From Octopus vulgaris (taxonomy: Eukaryota): a stretch of DNA of 64,000 bases. The first letter of the stretch is position 1. Each line of letters opens with the position of its first letter. Location: positions 28,210,001 through 28,274,000 of the forward strand of contig OX597818.1 in the NCBI GenBank assembly GCA_951406725.2. Direction: 5' to 3'. The position numbers were made by a program, and so were the translations under genes. Below the pieces are notes generated by a model, which was given only the letters and a program-made list of their open reading frames with translations, made no database searches and was not told the origin of the DNA. Shown piece after piece: positions 62,860-64,000 of the stretch.

Positions 62860-64000
62860 ACGTATTACTTGGTAAACTTCTTGATTGTTTTACATATTTT
62901 GAGAGGGCTTTTGATTACTTGTAATCTCTTGATTAGGTGTGTTCTTTCTGACTTTATGTGCTTCCAAAACCCTTGATAGAAGTATAGAACCATATTCTGG
63001 ATTGATTAAAAGCAGATTTCTCATCCATTCAATTCAGATGTGTTCTTTTTTACTCATCTTTAATATTATGTTAACAACAATAGCAAATGTGACTGGAGTC
63101 TGGTGCAGTCCTTCAGATTACTAACCCTGGTCAAAACATCCAACTCATGCCAGCACAGACAACAGATGTTTAAATGATGATGATAATGATGATGAACTAC
63201 TGAGTGACTGATTACAAGTGTGTAGATCATTAAATCTGGTCTGTTAAGTTTACATTTTGCTAGTCTATAAGAACATTCCATCAGTACTCTTCCATATTTT
63301 GTTGGATTATATTCTCCATATCTCAGTAGCTTCTTGTATTAGTATCCTCAGGATTATTATTTCTATGGAAGTTTTTTCTAATGATTTGGGTGGTCTATAT
63401 CCCTTTTGTGAATTTTATTCCTCAAGCAGTTGTTATTTCTGGTTCTAGTATTGCAAAAGCATATCCTTTAAAGTAAGAGTTAATATCTTGTTGTTAATAA
63501 CTCTGGTTATCAGTGCTGGTGTTACTTTGAAGATTTCTTTGAACATAGCTGCGTATGGCTTTTTTTGTGGTGTGTATACAGCTTCTCTTCACATGATTTG
63601 TTGAAGTAGAGTTTTTCAACTTCTCTGGGTGTGTATCCCTGATCATATGTCAGGGAATACTTTCTAAAAAGCTCCTTTCAAAATCTTATGATGTTATCTG
63701 CCTCGTATATGTAGCCACGGTTCATAACTAAATTTCAACATCTGGTGGTTAGTAGAAGCTGTTGAAGGTATATGATGTGACATTCAAATGCTGTTTAAAT
63801 TGATTCTAAGCATCTGCAGCTTTAATTTTATTTTAAGTAAAAGCAGTCTATGTCAGTTTTTCTATAAATTAGCAATTTGGTGACTTTAACATCAATAATT
63901 GATATCTTATCTAGCATCTAGTTAAGAAGTCCAAATGTTGATATGAGTATCAGTATGGTTAACATATTAAGGGTAATGGCTACCCTGTTGTACAACAGGA
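62860..64000 (-). mobile_element. Degraded Penelope-like element with RTE tail inserted at ~63090-63195
   Basis: Minus-strand remnants HLDFL and QGYTPREVEK; (GAT)n tail fragment. Confidence 0.5.

Overview
AT-rich, microsatellite-rich animal DNA with no intact multi-exon gene and no bacterial features. The tRNA-derived SINEs, (CAT)n-tailed RTE LINEs, Penelope-like elements and mariners suggest a coleoid cephalopod, probably Octopus (inference). Most of the window is decayed transposons. Two structures stand out. (1) A ~29.6-kb inverted duplication: arms 31047-44702 and 45132-60623. Its 429-bp spacer and its right outer junction are filled with templated copies of one distant segment (28339-28733 inverted; 28434-28599 direct), joined by 2-3 bp microhomologies. 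This looks like a multi-step template-switch rearrangement. Arm divergence is patchy and rich in CpG transitions. (2) In the first 14 kb, a degenerate tandem array of ~1.5-kb cassettes carries short AG...GT-bounded exon candidates, two of them symmetric phase-1. They encode tyrosine signalling-type motifs (VQYGEV, HIYIEM, DYVNV, TYVSI), suggesting a receptor tail built by micro-exon duplication. Alignments were read by eye; TE boundaries are approximate unless TIRs or TSDs are cited.
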